The notes under the pieces: generated by a model | What the model was told of the DNA's origin: nothing | What the model saw: only the letters and a program-made list of their open reading frames with translations | Databases searched by the model: none | Shown: piece after piece, positions 27,868-36,906 of the stretch | Layout: every line of letters begins with the position of its first letter | How positions within the stretch are numbered: position 1 is the stretch's first letter | Assembly (NCBI GenBank): GCA_050953885.1 | Contig: JBMNNJ010000001.1 | Coordinates: 9,137-73,136 of the forward strand | Source of the DNA: Patescibacteria group bacterium | GTDB taxonomy: Bacteria; Patescibacteriota; Microgenomatia; 0-14-0-10-38-17 | DNA length: 64,000 nucleotides | Direction: 5' to 3' | Program-made: the position numbers and the translations under genes

Positions 27868-27944
27868 CCCCCGGCGTTAAATAGCTTCAAGCCTCGGAAG
27901 AAAATATTATCTTGGCCATATATGGTGTTAAAATTAGTTTATGG
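27843..27944. repeat. CCGAGG hairpin repeat copy A2 (degenerate left arm) plus conserved 40-bp tail with promoter-like TGTTAAAAT
   Basis: cttctaacccccggcgttaaatagcttcaagcctcggaag followed by aaaatattatcttggccatatatggtgttaaaattagtt; the tail is about 85% identical to 35031-35073. Confidence 0.6.
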
Positions 27945-28471
27945 AAGAAAATGGGCAAAAGTTGAGAATTGCTCTTGGGAGCGCCTCTTCGCAAAAAGTT
28001 GGCTATCTTCGGGAAGTTTTGGCCGAAATTGGCATTAAGGCAGAGATTATTCCCAAAGAGGTGAAAAGCGGCGTTTCCGAACAGCCTCTTTGCGAAGCGG
28101 AAACCAAGAAAGGAGCGATTAACAGAGCCAAAGAGGCCCTGCGGCAAATTCCGGAAGCGGATTTTGGTTTGGGGATAGAAGTAGGATATCATCTTAATAA
28201 AGAAGGAAAGTACGAAATGTTTTGTTGCGCTTCAATTGTTGATAAAAATAGCTTTGTCCGATCTTGTTTCTCAAGCCGATTTTTGCTGCCCCCTTTTCAT
28301 CAGAGAATTCTTCGGCAAGGAAAATATTTGGGTGAATTCGTGAGGGAGTATAAGAGAGAAATAAATGAGCCGGTAACCAACTGTGTTCGGGAATTAATAA
28401 GGGGAAGAAAGCCGTTAATAAGTGAAGCCACCAGAAACGTTCTTTTGGTTTATTTGGAAGAAAGAAACTGA
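27941..28471 (+). CDS. YjjX/DUF84-like non-canonical purine NTP phosphatase (inosine/xanthosine triphosphatase)
   Basis: N-terminal LRIALGSASSQKVGYL and SGVSEQPL...ETKKGAINRAKEA resemble the Maf/Ham1-like YjjX family; size about 176 aa. Confidence 0.5.
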   Translation: MEENGQKLRIALGSASSQKVGYLREVLAEIGIKAEIIPKEVKSGVSEQPLCEAETKKGAINRAKEALRQIPEADFGLGIEVGYHLNKEGKYEMFCCASIVDKNSFVRSCFSSRFLLPPFHQRILRQGKYLGEFVREYKREINEPVTNCVRELIRGRKPLISEATRNVLLVYLEERN

Positions 28472-28613
28472 ACAAAAACCCACCCCGGTGTGTCAAGCTA
28501 ATGTTGCTTTTAAATACTATTTCAGATTCTGAACCAGGACTTTTGTTATTAGAAAGCATGCTTAAATAGTCTTAAGAACGAAAAGGAAAATAAAAATGAA
28601 TAATTTGTGAATA

Positions 28614-29150
28614 TTGAGTATGAATGAATATAGCCCTGAAGATAATGTTCAAATTGAGAAAGCCATTAAGTTTCTTGTTGAGAGGATAAGTCATCACGGG
28701 AAAAATCCTAAACCAGTTATTTTGCATAGTATAAGAGTTGCCTTTAGCCTAGATGTGCTTGGATACGGTAGGGACGTGGTTATTGCCGCTCTTCTTCATG
28801 ACATTATCGAAGATTCAGAGACGACTGCTGAAGAAATAAAAGAGCTTTTCGGTAAAAAGATAAGTAAGCTTGTTGTCAGTTGTACCTTTGATAAAACAAT
28901 AGATGATGAAACAGAAATGTATAAAAAAAATTTTGAGAAAGCGGCAAAAACCAGCAAAGAAGCACTTGCTATAAGAGCAGCTGATTTACTAGATAATAGT
29001 AATTATTATCATTTAGTAAAAGATAAGCAACTATATCGAAGGCTTTTAAATAAGTTAGACTTTTTTTTGGTAGTTGCCAAGAAGATGATCTTTGGTGAAA
29101 AAATATACAAAGCCCTACTTAAGAAGAGAGGTGAGCTAGCCAATTTCTAA
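28614..29150 (+). CDS. standalone HD-domain protein, small alarmone hydrolase (SAH)/RelA-SpoT N-terminal HD-like
   Basis: H...HD motif (HSIRVAF...AALLHDIIEDS...KLVVSCT) aligns with the HD region of the relA/spoT product at 11063 (LLHDAVEDT...KLVDGVTK). Confidence 0.55.
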   Translation: MSMNEYSPEDNVQIEKAIKFLVERISHHGKNPKPVILHSIRVAFSLDVLGYGRDVVIAALLHDIIEDSETTAEEIKELFGKKISKLVVSCTFDKTIDDETEMYKKNFEKAAKTSKEALAIRAADLLDNSNYYHLVKDKQLYRRLLNKLDFFLVVAKKMIFGEKIYKALLKKRGELANF

Positions 29151-29212
29151 TTGTTTGATACATCTGGTGTGTACTGAGTTGACGTATCGGGAAAATTGTC
29201 GCTTGCCTGCTC

Positions 29213-29734
29213 TCATGTCGGGGTGGTAATTTTTCTTGCCAAAGTTATTTGGTGCTTTTCGCCCCCTGAAGTATCGATTTTATCAAAAATAATTTCAAAA
29301 CCCGCTTCCTCTATAATTTTTCTGTTTTTTTCAGGTCCATAGTGGCTCCAATACATTTGGGTTTTATAAAAATCTCCTGTTCCTTCCCAGTCGCTTGTGC
29401 CCATAGTGATCAAGAGCAAGCCACCTGCCCGCAGGAAAGAGTTAATTATCTTAAAGAGTTTTTGGTGTTTTTTTCTGGGAAGATGAAAGATGGTGTAGAA
29501 AGAAACCACCGCTTCCACCTCAAATTCTTTCTCTTTTAAGCTGGCAATATCCTTTATCTTAAATGAACCGGCGGGGATATTTTTCTTTGCCAGCTTAACT
29601 TGTTCTGAAGAAATATCAATCCCGACAATTTTATGACCGTGGTTGATGAAAAATTCGTCTATTGGTTTACCGGCGCCACACCCTAGGTCTAAAATTCTGG
29701 AATTTGGTTTAAGCAAAGAGTTTAATTTTTCCAA
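29213..29734 (-). CDS. class I SAM-dependent methyltransferase
   Basis: Motif I ILDLGCGAGK, motif post-I VGIDIS. Confidence 0.7.
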   Translation of the reverse strand: MEKLNSLLKPNSRILDLGCGAGKPIDEFFINHGHKIVGIDISSEQVKLAKKNIPAGSFKIKDIASLKEKEFEVEAVVSFYTIFHLPRKKHQKLFKIINSFLRAGGLLLITMGTSDWEGTGDFYKTQMYWSHYGPEKNRKIIEEAGFEIIFDKIDTSGGEKHQITLARKITTPT

Positions 29735-29852
29735 ATATTTCAGATTTTCGAATTGGTTTCTATTTAAAGAATAGCGTCTTGCTATTTTGTTGTATCCCTT
29801 GCTGACTAAGCGCTTGCTTATTTTACCCCAGGGTTTCTTTTTATGCTAACAT

Positions 29853-30161
29853 ATGCTTATGAGAGTAGTGGTTGGCTCTGAAAACGCCGCTAAAATAGTG
29901 GCGATAAAGAACGCCTTTGCCGAATATCTAAAAATTTACGGAAATCTTGGCTATAGAAGAAAGTCGTCGGCCCTTATTTTTGGTAAAGACGGTGATTTCC
30001 TGATTGTTCAGCTTATTGGCTACGGCGCAAACGATTGGAATTTTCCCGGAGGAGGGGTGGAAAATGGAGAGACGGAAGAAGAGGTGATCTTGAAGGATTA
30101 TTTTTGCTTTCCTGGCCAATTAGCAATGGCAAAAAGAATCATTAAAGAATTTACTATTTAA
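29853..30161 (+). CDS. Nudix-like protein, probably truncated/degenerate
   Basis: NDWNFPGGGVENGETEEE resembles the start of the Nudix box but the REx2EExGU portion is missing and the ORF is only 102 aa. Confidence 0.3.
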   Translation: MLMRVVVGSENAAKIVAIKNAFAEYLKIYGNLGYRRKSSALIFGKDGDFLIVQLIGYGANDWNFPGGGVENGETEEEVILKDYFCFPGQLAMAKRIIKEFTI

Positions 30162-30189
30162 AAAACTAAGAATAATTTTTAAATTTAAA

Positions 30190-30465
30190 ATGAAAGCTAG
30201 GGAAAGTAAGACCAAAAAGGTAATCATCCAAGACAGCGCTGATATTAAAAATGTGCTTTTACAGCTTGATTTTAAATCGGGCAGAGTAATGGTTTACAGT
30301 AATTTCCCCGCCTGGGATAATTTAGCCTATTTACTTGAAGGAGTGGGGATGATGGCCCAGGAGTGTTATCGGGAAGGGAGAAGCAAGGAAGAGGTTTTGG
30401 AGGAAATTGATGATTATTTGGGAAAAGTTCTTCAAGATTACGAACAGAAAGAGAGGGCTAACTAG
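30190..30465 (+). CDS. hypothetical protein
   Basis: ORF only. Confidence 0.25.
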   Translation: MKARESKTKKVIIQDSADIKNVLLQLDFKSGRVMVYSNFPAWDNLAYLLEGVGMMAQECYREGRSKEEVLEEIDDYLGKVLQDYEQKERAN

Positions 30466-30555
30466 GCTGTTATAGAAAGAGGAGAAAAAAGGTTTAAAAT
30501 TAAGGGAGAGGAATTTAAAAGTTTATTTTCTAACGAAATGCTTTAGAGCGTTTCA

Positions 30556-30861
30556 GTGAGCCTAAAAAAGACGGAATTATTTACCACCGCAATAATGAAA
30601 ATTGAGGAAAAAGTTTGGCCGGAATATTTTGAAGCGATTCTTAAGGGTGAGAAAACCTTTGAACTAAGGCTGGCGGATTTTAAATGCCAAAAGGGAGACA
30701 TTCTTGTTCTTCGTGAGTGGGATCCCAAGAAGAAAGACTATACCGGTCGTGTTATTAAGAAAAAAATTACCTATGTTTTGAGGACCAAAGATTTACCTTT
30801 TTGGGGTAAAAACGAAGTTGATAAGTTTGGGTATCAGATAATCGGCTTTAGGGAAGATTAA
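30556..30861 (+). CDS. ASCH/DUF3850-like small protein
   Basis: KIWPEYFEAILKGEKTFELRLADFKCQKGDILVLREW pattern resembles the ASCH-like DUF3850 family (recalled from memory). Confidence 0.4.
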   Translation: MSLKKTELFTTAIMKIEEKVWPEYFEAILKGEKTFELRLADFKCQKGDILVLREWDPKKKDYTGRVIKKKITYVLRTKDLPFWGKNEVDKFGYQIIGFRED

Positions 30862-31227
30862 GCCCTGGTTCTATTGAGTTTTGGGCAATTAATTTTATAA
30901 TCTAAAGCTAAAAGCAGGAAGAAGATCGGGAAGATCAAAACGACATTTGGCTTGACTCTGAAGTTTCTGCGTTTTTGATTGTTAATGGCCTTTGGCGGAT
31001 TGGCAAAGCTTTAATTAATCTTGCCCGGTACAAGCCCTTAAGACCTTTGAATAAACAAAATTTCTCGGCAGATGGCGGAAACGGCAAAGGCGGAGTTCAG
31101 CCTTAAGGGAGTATGGCAGACCGGCGGACAAGCCGAAGCGCAACTAAGGTAATCAGGTGCCAATGTGTCAGGATGAACCATTTTGTTTGGAAATAAGAGG
31201 GTTTTTCAGGTACAATGAATATATTTT

Positions 31228-32526
31228 ATGACCCAGCTAACCGAATCATTATGGGGCGATGAATGTTTTTCCGCCTTGGCAGTGCAAAGGCCCTTTGGGG
31301 AAATGATTAAAGTGGTAATGAATGATACCGCCCCGCCTCTTTTTTATGTGTTAGGAGCAATTTGGGGAAGAATTTTTGGCTTTTCGGAAATTTCTTTGCG
31401 TTTTCTTTCTTTCCTTTTAATGTTTGGCGCCGCTATTTTTTCCGGTTTGATCATTTATCATCTTCAAAAAAATAAAAAGCTGGCGATTTTAGCGGGTTTG
31501 CTTTCTTTAACGGTTCCTTTTCTTGAGCCCTTTGCTTTTGAGTGGCGCATGTATGCGCTTCTAACTTTCACCATCATGGGCTCTGTTTATTTTTTTATCA
31601 AAAGAAGCTGGACCCCTTACATTATTTTTACGACCGCTGCTTTATACACTCATCACTTTGCTCTTTTTACGCTTTTTAGCCAGGGGGTGTGGTTTTTAAT
31701 TGCCGATTTTAATTGGAAAAACCCCAAAACCTATCTTTCTCAACTTAAACCTTTTTTAATGATCGGTCTTCTTTATCTGCCTTGGCTTTACCCAATGTAT
31801 CGGCAGACCAGGATGGTTCAAGGGGGAGGTTTTTGGTTAAAAGCTCCCACATTTGAAGAATTGGGCCGCTTGTTATATAAATTTTTTACCGGTGGAGTAG
31901 AAAAAAAGTTTAGCCTACCGGTTGCGGTGATTGTTGTTTTTCTGCTAATTTTTAAAGATTGGAAAAAAGTTGGCAAGAGCTTTTGCGAATTATTATTTAT
32001 CTTTTTAGGTCCGGTTTTTCTCTCTTTTGTCGTTTCCTACCTCGTTACCCCAATTTTTTACGATCGTTATTTGTTAGCAACTACTATGGGAATTGCCGTC
32101 CTTATTGGCTTGGGGGTTAAGAAGCATTTTCAAGTTTTACTTTTACCTTTAGTAATTCTTTACGGGGTTATTAGTTTTAACCAATTTACCCATCCTCAAA
32201 AGCCGCCTTTCAGGGATTTGGCTAAAGTGGTTAAGGCGCAAATGTCGTCAGAAGACGCTCTTATTAACTACAACGGCAAAGCTCATCATCTTTGGGAAAG
32301 TAAATATTATGGGATTCCTGCCCCAATTTATAACCCAGACGGTCCATTGCCTTTTTACGTTGGCACGGCCCAAATGACTGATGAGGATACGATTAAGGTT
32401 TTACCGGAGGGTAAAAGAATTGGGGTGATTAGCGATTTTGGCGAGGAGATAAATTTGCCAAATTACCGCAAAGCAACTTCGGAAAAATTTGGCAGTTTAG
32501 AGTTTTCTTGGTGGGAGAAAAACTAG
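31228..32526 (+). CDS. membrane glycosyltransferase, GT39/GT83 (ArnT/PMT-like)
   Basis: About 10 TM helices; N-terminal loop with D-E pattern (WGDECFSALAV) typical of GT-C mannosyltransferase-like enzymes. Confidence 0.55.
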   Translation: MTQLTESLWGDECFSALAVQRPFGEMIKVVMNDTAPPLFYVLGAIWGRIFGFSEISLRFLSFLLMFGAAIFSGLIIYHLQKNKKLAILAGLLSLTVPFLEPFAFEWRMYALLTFTIMGSVYFFIKRSWTPYIIFTTAALYTHHFALFTLFSQGVWFLIADFNWKNPKTYLSQLKPFLMIGLLYLPWLYPMYRQTRMVQGGGFWLKAPTFEELGRLLYKFFTGGVEKKFSLPVAVIVVFLLIFKDWKKVGKSFCELLFIFLGPVFLSFVVSYLVTPIFYDRYLLATTMGIAVLIGLGVKKHFQVLLLPLVILYGVISFNQFTHPQKPPFRDLAKVVKAQMSSEDALINYNGKAHHLWESKYYGIPAPIYNPDGPLPFYVGTAQMTDEDTIKVLPEGKRIGVISDFGEEINLPNYRKATSEKFGSLEFSWWEKN

Positions 32527-32547
32527 AAAATGGTGAGGGCCTTTCAG

Positions 32548-33204
32548 CTATTGGGAATTTTTATTTTTAAAAATTATTTTTTCTCCCTTACCGACGATTT
32601 CCCACTTTTCTCCAATTATTTTAACTGCCTGGAAATCGTTAATGGCCACGATCGGATAGTTAACTGTTTTTGATTTTTTCTCCAAGAGCAGTTTATCGGC
32701 GTTGGTATAGTGAGGAGAAACGGCAAACGGGACAAGTTTTAGCCCTTCCAAATTTCTTAAGCGGGAGACATTTTTATCCCAATCGTTTTTCCAGCCGGCA
32801 ATGGCAATGCTGGGGCCGGCAAGAATGCTGCCGGCGCTTATTCCTAAATAAATTTTCCCTTGATCAAGGAGCTCTCCCAAATATTTATCTAAACCACATT
32901 TTCTTACCCAATATAAGAGAAAAAAGGTATTGCCGCCACCAATATTAATAATGTCAGTCTTTTTTAGTTTGTTTTTAATTGTTCTCGGATTTTCCCGCTT
33001 TAAATCAACGATTTCTATTTGAAAGCCAAAATTTTCCAGGCTTTCTTTTGCTTCTTTAAGATGAATGGGGTTAATTTTTGGGTAGCCGGCGGTGGGGATG
33101 ATGGCTGCTTTTAAACCGGAAGGATTTTTATCCAAAAGTTTGCCGAAATATGATGATATTTCTGGCTTTAGACCGGTAGAGGTTAAAAAAAGTTTCCTGT
33201 CCAT
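32548..33204 (-). CDS. peptidase S51 (dipeptidase E/cyanophycinase-like)
   Basis: IINIGGGNTFFLL and nucleophile Ser in GISAGSILAG. Confidence 0.65.
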   Translation of the reverse strand: MDRKLFLTSTGLKPEISSYFGKLLDKNPSGLKAAIIPTAGYPKINPIHLKEAKESLENFGFQIEIVDLKRENPRTIKNKLKKTDIINIGGGNTFFLLYWVRKCGLDKYLGELLDQGKIYLGISAGSILAGPSIAIAGWKNDWDKNVSRLRNLEGLKLVPFAVSPHYTNADKLLLEKKSKTVNYPIVAINDFQAVKIIGEKWEIVGKGEKIIFKNKNSQ

Positions 33205-33330
33205 TTTTTGCTTTTGTTATCTTTTTGGGTAACTTAGCTTAATTATTATACAATGATTCCTATGGTGCCAATCCTTTTATGATGTTATAATTTTTGCTAT
33301 GGATGAGCATATTTTAAATGTCCAGTTGCG

Positions 33331-33392
33331 GCGATTCCTTTTCTCTAAACCTCTTTTCCTCGTCGCCTCCGCCTTTTGTTTTTAGCAGATCC
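33331..33392. repeat. left copy of an inverted-repeat pair of about 60 bp flanking gene 33441-34565
   Basis: tttctctaaacctcttttcctcgtcgcctccgcc...tttgtttttagcaga is the near reverse complement of 34625-34690. Confidence 0.6.
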
Positions 33393-33440
33393 GCCGCTGA
33401 AAAGCGGCGGGTTAAAAAATAAAAAAATATATAAAAATTT

Positions 33441-34565
33441 TTATTCAAAACAAATATCTGGTTTATTTTCCATACGAATATATTGTTTGCTACCTCGTCT
33501 AACTTTATCAATATATAAATTACAATTTTCGTAAGTGCGATCTTCTTCTATACACTCACAAATTAATTTATCGTTGGTTTTATATGCAATTCGTTCAAAA
33601 CAAATATCTTTACTTGCTAATTTTGGGCGATATTTAGTTTCTGAAATATTTTGACAAATCGAGGGTTGACCCTTGTTATATGCAACGTGTGTGAAACAAA
33701 AATCTTTTGAATCTTTATCACTTATTTCATTACAATAAGATTGGTTTTGAGATGTAATTGCAATTTTTTTAATACACCAATCCGTCATATCCCGATCTTC
33801 TAAAGCCTTACACTGATTTATATCAGATTTGCCCATGGCAAAACATGCTGCCTTTAATAATGAATCTGAAATCTCTTGGCAAAATTTTTCATCTTGGCTA
33901 GACAAAGCTTTATTCGCAAGATCTATTTGTTTTGAATAAGAGCCGACCTGACTTGCTTTATTATTTTCCTCCCAAACTGGTCTTAACAGTAAAACCCCTG
34001 AAAGCAAGATATTAACAAGAAATGGCGAAATGACAGCGGCAATTATAACAAATAAAACCTTCTTCTTGTCGTATTTTTTTAGTTTCTTTAAAACCAGAAG
34101 TCCAATTAAGAAAATTATCACTAAAAAAATGAAAAGAGGTATTAAAGAAGTCCTATATTCTTCGTGGACGGTTCTTCCTTTAACTATGATATTTTTATCT
34201 CCCAATTTTCCGTTTAAAGTCCAGTTAATTTGTTCAACTTCTTCACCATTAACTGGTTCTCCGTGCCAAGGCCAAGAAACTTTTTTGTAAAAATAGGTTG
34301 TGTTGTGGTCTAATTCATAGCCGTCATCATTAAGTATTTTTTCTCCTTCTAAATAAAAAATTTGGGGGCATTCATTAGTAATTTCTAACGAACCACCACA
34401 AGCACCATATGTCTTGATTTTTAAACAATCAATATTATTTGGTTCTATAGAATCTATATAAGAAAAATATGGTGGGCAATATGCAAAAACTAAATTGGAA
34501 TTTCCCAGAAGAAATGTTACAAAAACTAGACTAAAAATTGGCAAAATTTTTTTGAGTGTCATCAT
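33441..34565 (-). CDS. secreted/membrane Cys-rich repeat protein
   Basis: Signal peptide, mid-protein TM; repeated C-x2-ISD/E-x-n-C-F modules (KFCQEISDSLLKAACF, YCNEISDKDSKDFCF, ICQNISETKY...ICF, ICECIEEDRTYENC). Confidence 0.4.
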   Translation of the reverse strand: MMTLKKILPIFSLVFVTFLLGNSNLVFAYCPPYFSYIDSIEPNNIDCLKIKTYGACGGSLEITNECPQIFYLEGEKILNDDGYELDHNTTYFYKKVSWPWHGEPVNGEEVEQINWTLNGKLGDKNIIVKGRTVHEEYRTSLIPLFIFLVIIFLIGLLVLKKLKKYDKKKVLFVIIAAVISPFLVNILLSGVLLLRPVWEENNKASQVGSYSKQIDLANKALSSQDEKFCQEISDSLLKAACFAMGKSDINQCKALEDRDMTDWCIKKIAITSQNQSYCNEISDKDSKDFCFTHVAYNKGQPSICQNISETKYRPKLASKDICFERIAYKTNDKLICECIEEDRTYENCNLYIDKVRRGSKQYIRMENKPDICFE

Positions 34566-34624
34566 ATTAATATAAAATTAAAAGTTTATTAATTATGTTA
34601 TATCAAATTAAAAAGCTTTTTCAA

Positions 34625-34690
34625 CTCTGCTAAAAACAGAAAGCGGAGGTGGAGGCGGTGAGGAAAAGGGGTTTAGAAAAAAAGAATCGT
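34625..34690. repeat. right copy of the inverted-repeat pair flanking gene 33441-34565
   Basis: Reverse complement reads tttttctaaaccccttttcctcaccgcctccacctccgctttctgtttttagcaga. Confidence 0.6.
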
Positions 34691-34972
34691 CGTAGCCGCC
34701 GACGCCGTTATATTCTCCTTAAATATGAGACAGTCTTCTCTTTTCAAGCTCATCATATTAAGTGATAAAGAGGCTCTCTTAGCATGATAATAATTAATCT
34801 CTTACTTCTTTTTTCTACCATTGGCAAGTCTTTAGTCCTGTATTTAACCCATCCGGACACACTCTTTTCCTAAAACCGATTAAGGCTTTCAATATAACTT
34901 TCCTCATTTTTCCGGTATGGCCTGGCCACTCGGTGTCTTTTGGTAAATTCTAAAACAAAGCTATAGTGGTGC

Positions 34973-35073
34973 TTTCCCGAGGTTTGAAGCTATTTAACTC
35001 CGGGGGTTGATTAGCTTCAAACCTCGGGAAAAACATATCTTGGTCTTATATGGTGTTAAAATTAAGTTAAGTG
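34973..35073. repeat. CCGAGG hairpin repeat copy A3 (inverted orientation relative to A1) plus conserved promoter-like tail
   Basis: tttcccgaggtttgaagcta-tttaactccgggggttgat-tagcttcaaacctcgggaaa; the loop is the reverse complement of the A1 loop; the tail atatcttggtcttatatggtgttaaaattaagtt sits immediately upstream of xseA. Confidence 0.7.
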
Positions 35074-35101
35074 ATGGGATACAAATATAATATGGGACAA
35101 A

Positions 35102-36664
35102 ATGAGCCACGATAAAATTCTTTACGAGCGGCTGCGGGAAAAAAGAAATGAAATCGCCCAAAAAGAGGGAGTGAAGCCCTATATGGTTTTTCAAAATGAG
35201 GTTTTGGCGCAAATTTCCGAAAAAAAACCGGCGACGCGGGAGGAGTTGGCGCAGGTTAAGGGCATGGGGCCGAAAAAAATGGCCCGTTATGGTCAGCTGG
35301 TTTTGGAAATGGTCAACCGCCAGGGTGACGAGGAGGAGGAGAAAGAGGCGGCGGGGGAAAAAATCTATACCGTAGCTGAGTTTTTGGATCAAGTTAACCA
35401 GCTCTTGTCTCCCCAAAGGGCGCTAATACAGGGCGAGATTGGTCAAGTAAAGATAATGGATAGCTATGCCTTTTTTACGCTGGCGGACAAGAATGAAGAG
35501 GCGGTGCTAAATTGTTTTGTTTGGAAAAATAAACTTGAGAGCTTTGGGGTGGAGCTTAAGGAGGGGCTGGAGTTAAGAGTGGAGGGGTTTGCTCAAGTCT
35601 TTAAAAGAAACGGTCGTTTTAACTTTGAGGTAGAGAGAATAGGATTGGTAGGCGAAGGGGCGCTAAAGCAGGCTTTTGAAAATTTAAAGAAAAAACTGGC
35701 CGAGGCGGGTTTTTTCCTGCCTCAACGGAAAAAGCCGCTGCCGGCTTATGTTGAAAAAATTGGGTTAATCACCTCTTCTTATGGGGACGCCAAAAACGAT
35801 TTTCTCACTCATTTGGGGAAATTTGGCTTTAAGGTTTATTTTTATAATGTCCGCGTTGAAGGGCTTTATGCCGTTGAGGAGATAACGGAGGCTATTCGCT
35901 ACTTTAACGAGAACGAAACCGGCGTTGATGTTTTGGTGTTAACGCGGGGAGGGGGAAGCCTGGAAAGCCTTCAGCCTTTTAACTCCGAAGAGTTGGCTAA
36001 GGCGATTTTTGCTTCCAAAATTCCCATTATTACCGCTATTGGCCATGAGAACAACCGGACCATTGCTGATTTGGTGGCCGATCTTTATGCTTCCACCCCC
36101 ACCGCCGCGGCAAGAATTCTTTCCGACCCCTGGCGGCAGGCAGGGCCTCTTTTAACTTCTTTTGAAGACAATATGACCGCGATTATTCGGCAAAAATGCT
36201 CTGCCATTGGCGAAAAACTCTCTTTTGAGGAGGAAAGTTTTTCTTTGCTATTTAAAAAAGCCATTGATTCTCAAAAAAGTCAGTTGGAAAATCGGCAAAA
36301 AGAGTTATTTTTTTCCTTTGAGCGAATTATTAATAAATTTAAGACATTGGAGAGAAGTTTTAGCGCTTCTTGGGGGAAATTGGAAAGCCAAGTTTTTTTC
36401 TTAAGGCAGAAAATAGCCCTTCAGGAAGCCGGGATTTTTCAAGAATCAGGCCGCTGGCTTGGCAATCTTAGAGAGCGTTTGGAAAATGTTAATAGCAGAC
36501 TATCGCTTAGCGATCCTAAGGCGCGGTTAAAGCAGGGTTATAGTATAATATTGGATAAGGAAAGAAAAATAGTTAAAAGCAGCCGACAAGTAGAAATAGG
36601 CGATGAGCTTTGGCTTAAGTTTTATGAGGGTGAAGCCACCGGCCGGATAGAAAAGAAAAAATGA
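35102..36664 (+). CDS. xseA: exodeoxyribonuclease VII large subunit with N-terminal HRDC domain
   Basis: Residues 1-75 match the HRDC consensus (LYERLREKRNEIAQKEGVKPYMVFQNEVLAQISEKKPATREELAQVKGMGPKKMARYGQLVLEMV); the remainder is OB-fold + ExoVII_L core. Confidence 0.8.
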   Translation: MSHDKILYERLREKRNEIAQKEGVKPYMVFQNEVLAQISEKKPATREELAQVKGMGPKKMARYGQLVLEMVNRQGDEEEEKEAAGEKIYTVAEFLDQVNQLLSPQRALIQGEIGQVKIMDSYAFFTLADKNEEAVLNCFVWKNKLESFGVELKEGLELRVEGFAQVFKRNGRFNFEVERIGLVGEGALKQAFENLKKKLAEAGFFLPQRKKPLPAYVEKIGLITSSYGDAKNDFLTHLGKFGFKVYFYNVRVEGLYAVEEITEAIRYFNENETGVDVLVLTRGGGSLESLQPFNSEELAKAIFASKIPIITAIGHENNRTIADLVADLYASTPTAAARILSDPWRQAGPLLTSFEDNMTAIIRQKCSAIGEKLSFEEESFSLLFKKAIDSQKSQLENRQKELFFSFERIINKFKTLERSFSASWGKLESQVFFLRQKIALQEAGIFQESGRWLGNLRERLENVNSRLSLSDPKARLKQGYSIILDKERKIVKSSRQVEIGDELWLKFYEGEATGRIEKKK

Positions 36665-36906
36665 TGAATAATAACGATAACCACCAAAAAGAAGAAGCCT
36701 TTGACTTTGCCAAGGCAATGGCAGAGCTTGAAGAAATTAATCGCTGGTTTCAAAGCCAGGAAATTGATTTAGATGAGGGCTTAGCCAAGTTTCGCCGGGG
36801 TTTGGCGCTTATTAAAAAAAGCCGCCAAAAACTGGCGGAGGTGGAAAACGAATTTGAGGAGATTAAGAAAGAATTTGGCGGAGAATCAAGCTTAGATGAT
36901 AAATAA
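36661..36906 (+). CDS. xseB: exodeoxyribonuclease VII small subunit
   Basis: FDFAKAMAELEEINRWFQSQEIDLDEGLAKFRRGLALIKKSRQKLAEVENEF matches the XseB helical hairpin; overlaps the xseA stop. Confidence 0.7.
   Translation: MMNNNDNHQKEEAFDFAKAMAELEEINRWFQSQEIDLDEGLAKFRRGLALIKKSRQKLAEVENEFEEIKKEFGGESSLDDK

Noticed and set aside
30862-31227. Calling the noncoding gap SRP RNA (ffs)
   Set aside because: Only short strings resemble helix-8 motifs. There is no convincing GNAR tetraloop or symmetric-loop context, so it is left as an unassigned ncRNA candidate.
33391-33410. GC hairpin ccgccgctgaaaagcggcgg as intrinsic terminator of gene 33441-34565
   Set aside because: On the minus strand it is followed by aucugcuaaaaac rather than a U-tract, and on the plus strand by an A-tract. 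It may still terminate weakly, so it is not called.
34994-35416. 140-aa minus-strand ORF
   Set aside because: It overlaps the hairpin repeat and the 5' end of xseA on the opposite strand, and has no motifs. It is a spurious antisense ORF.
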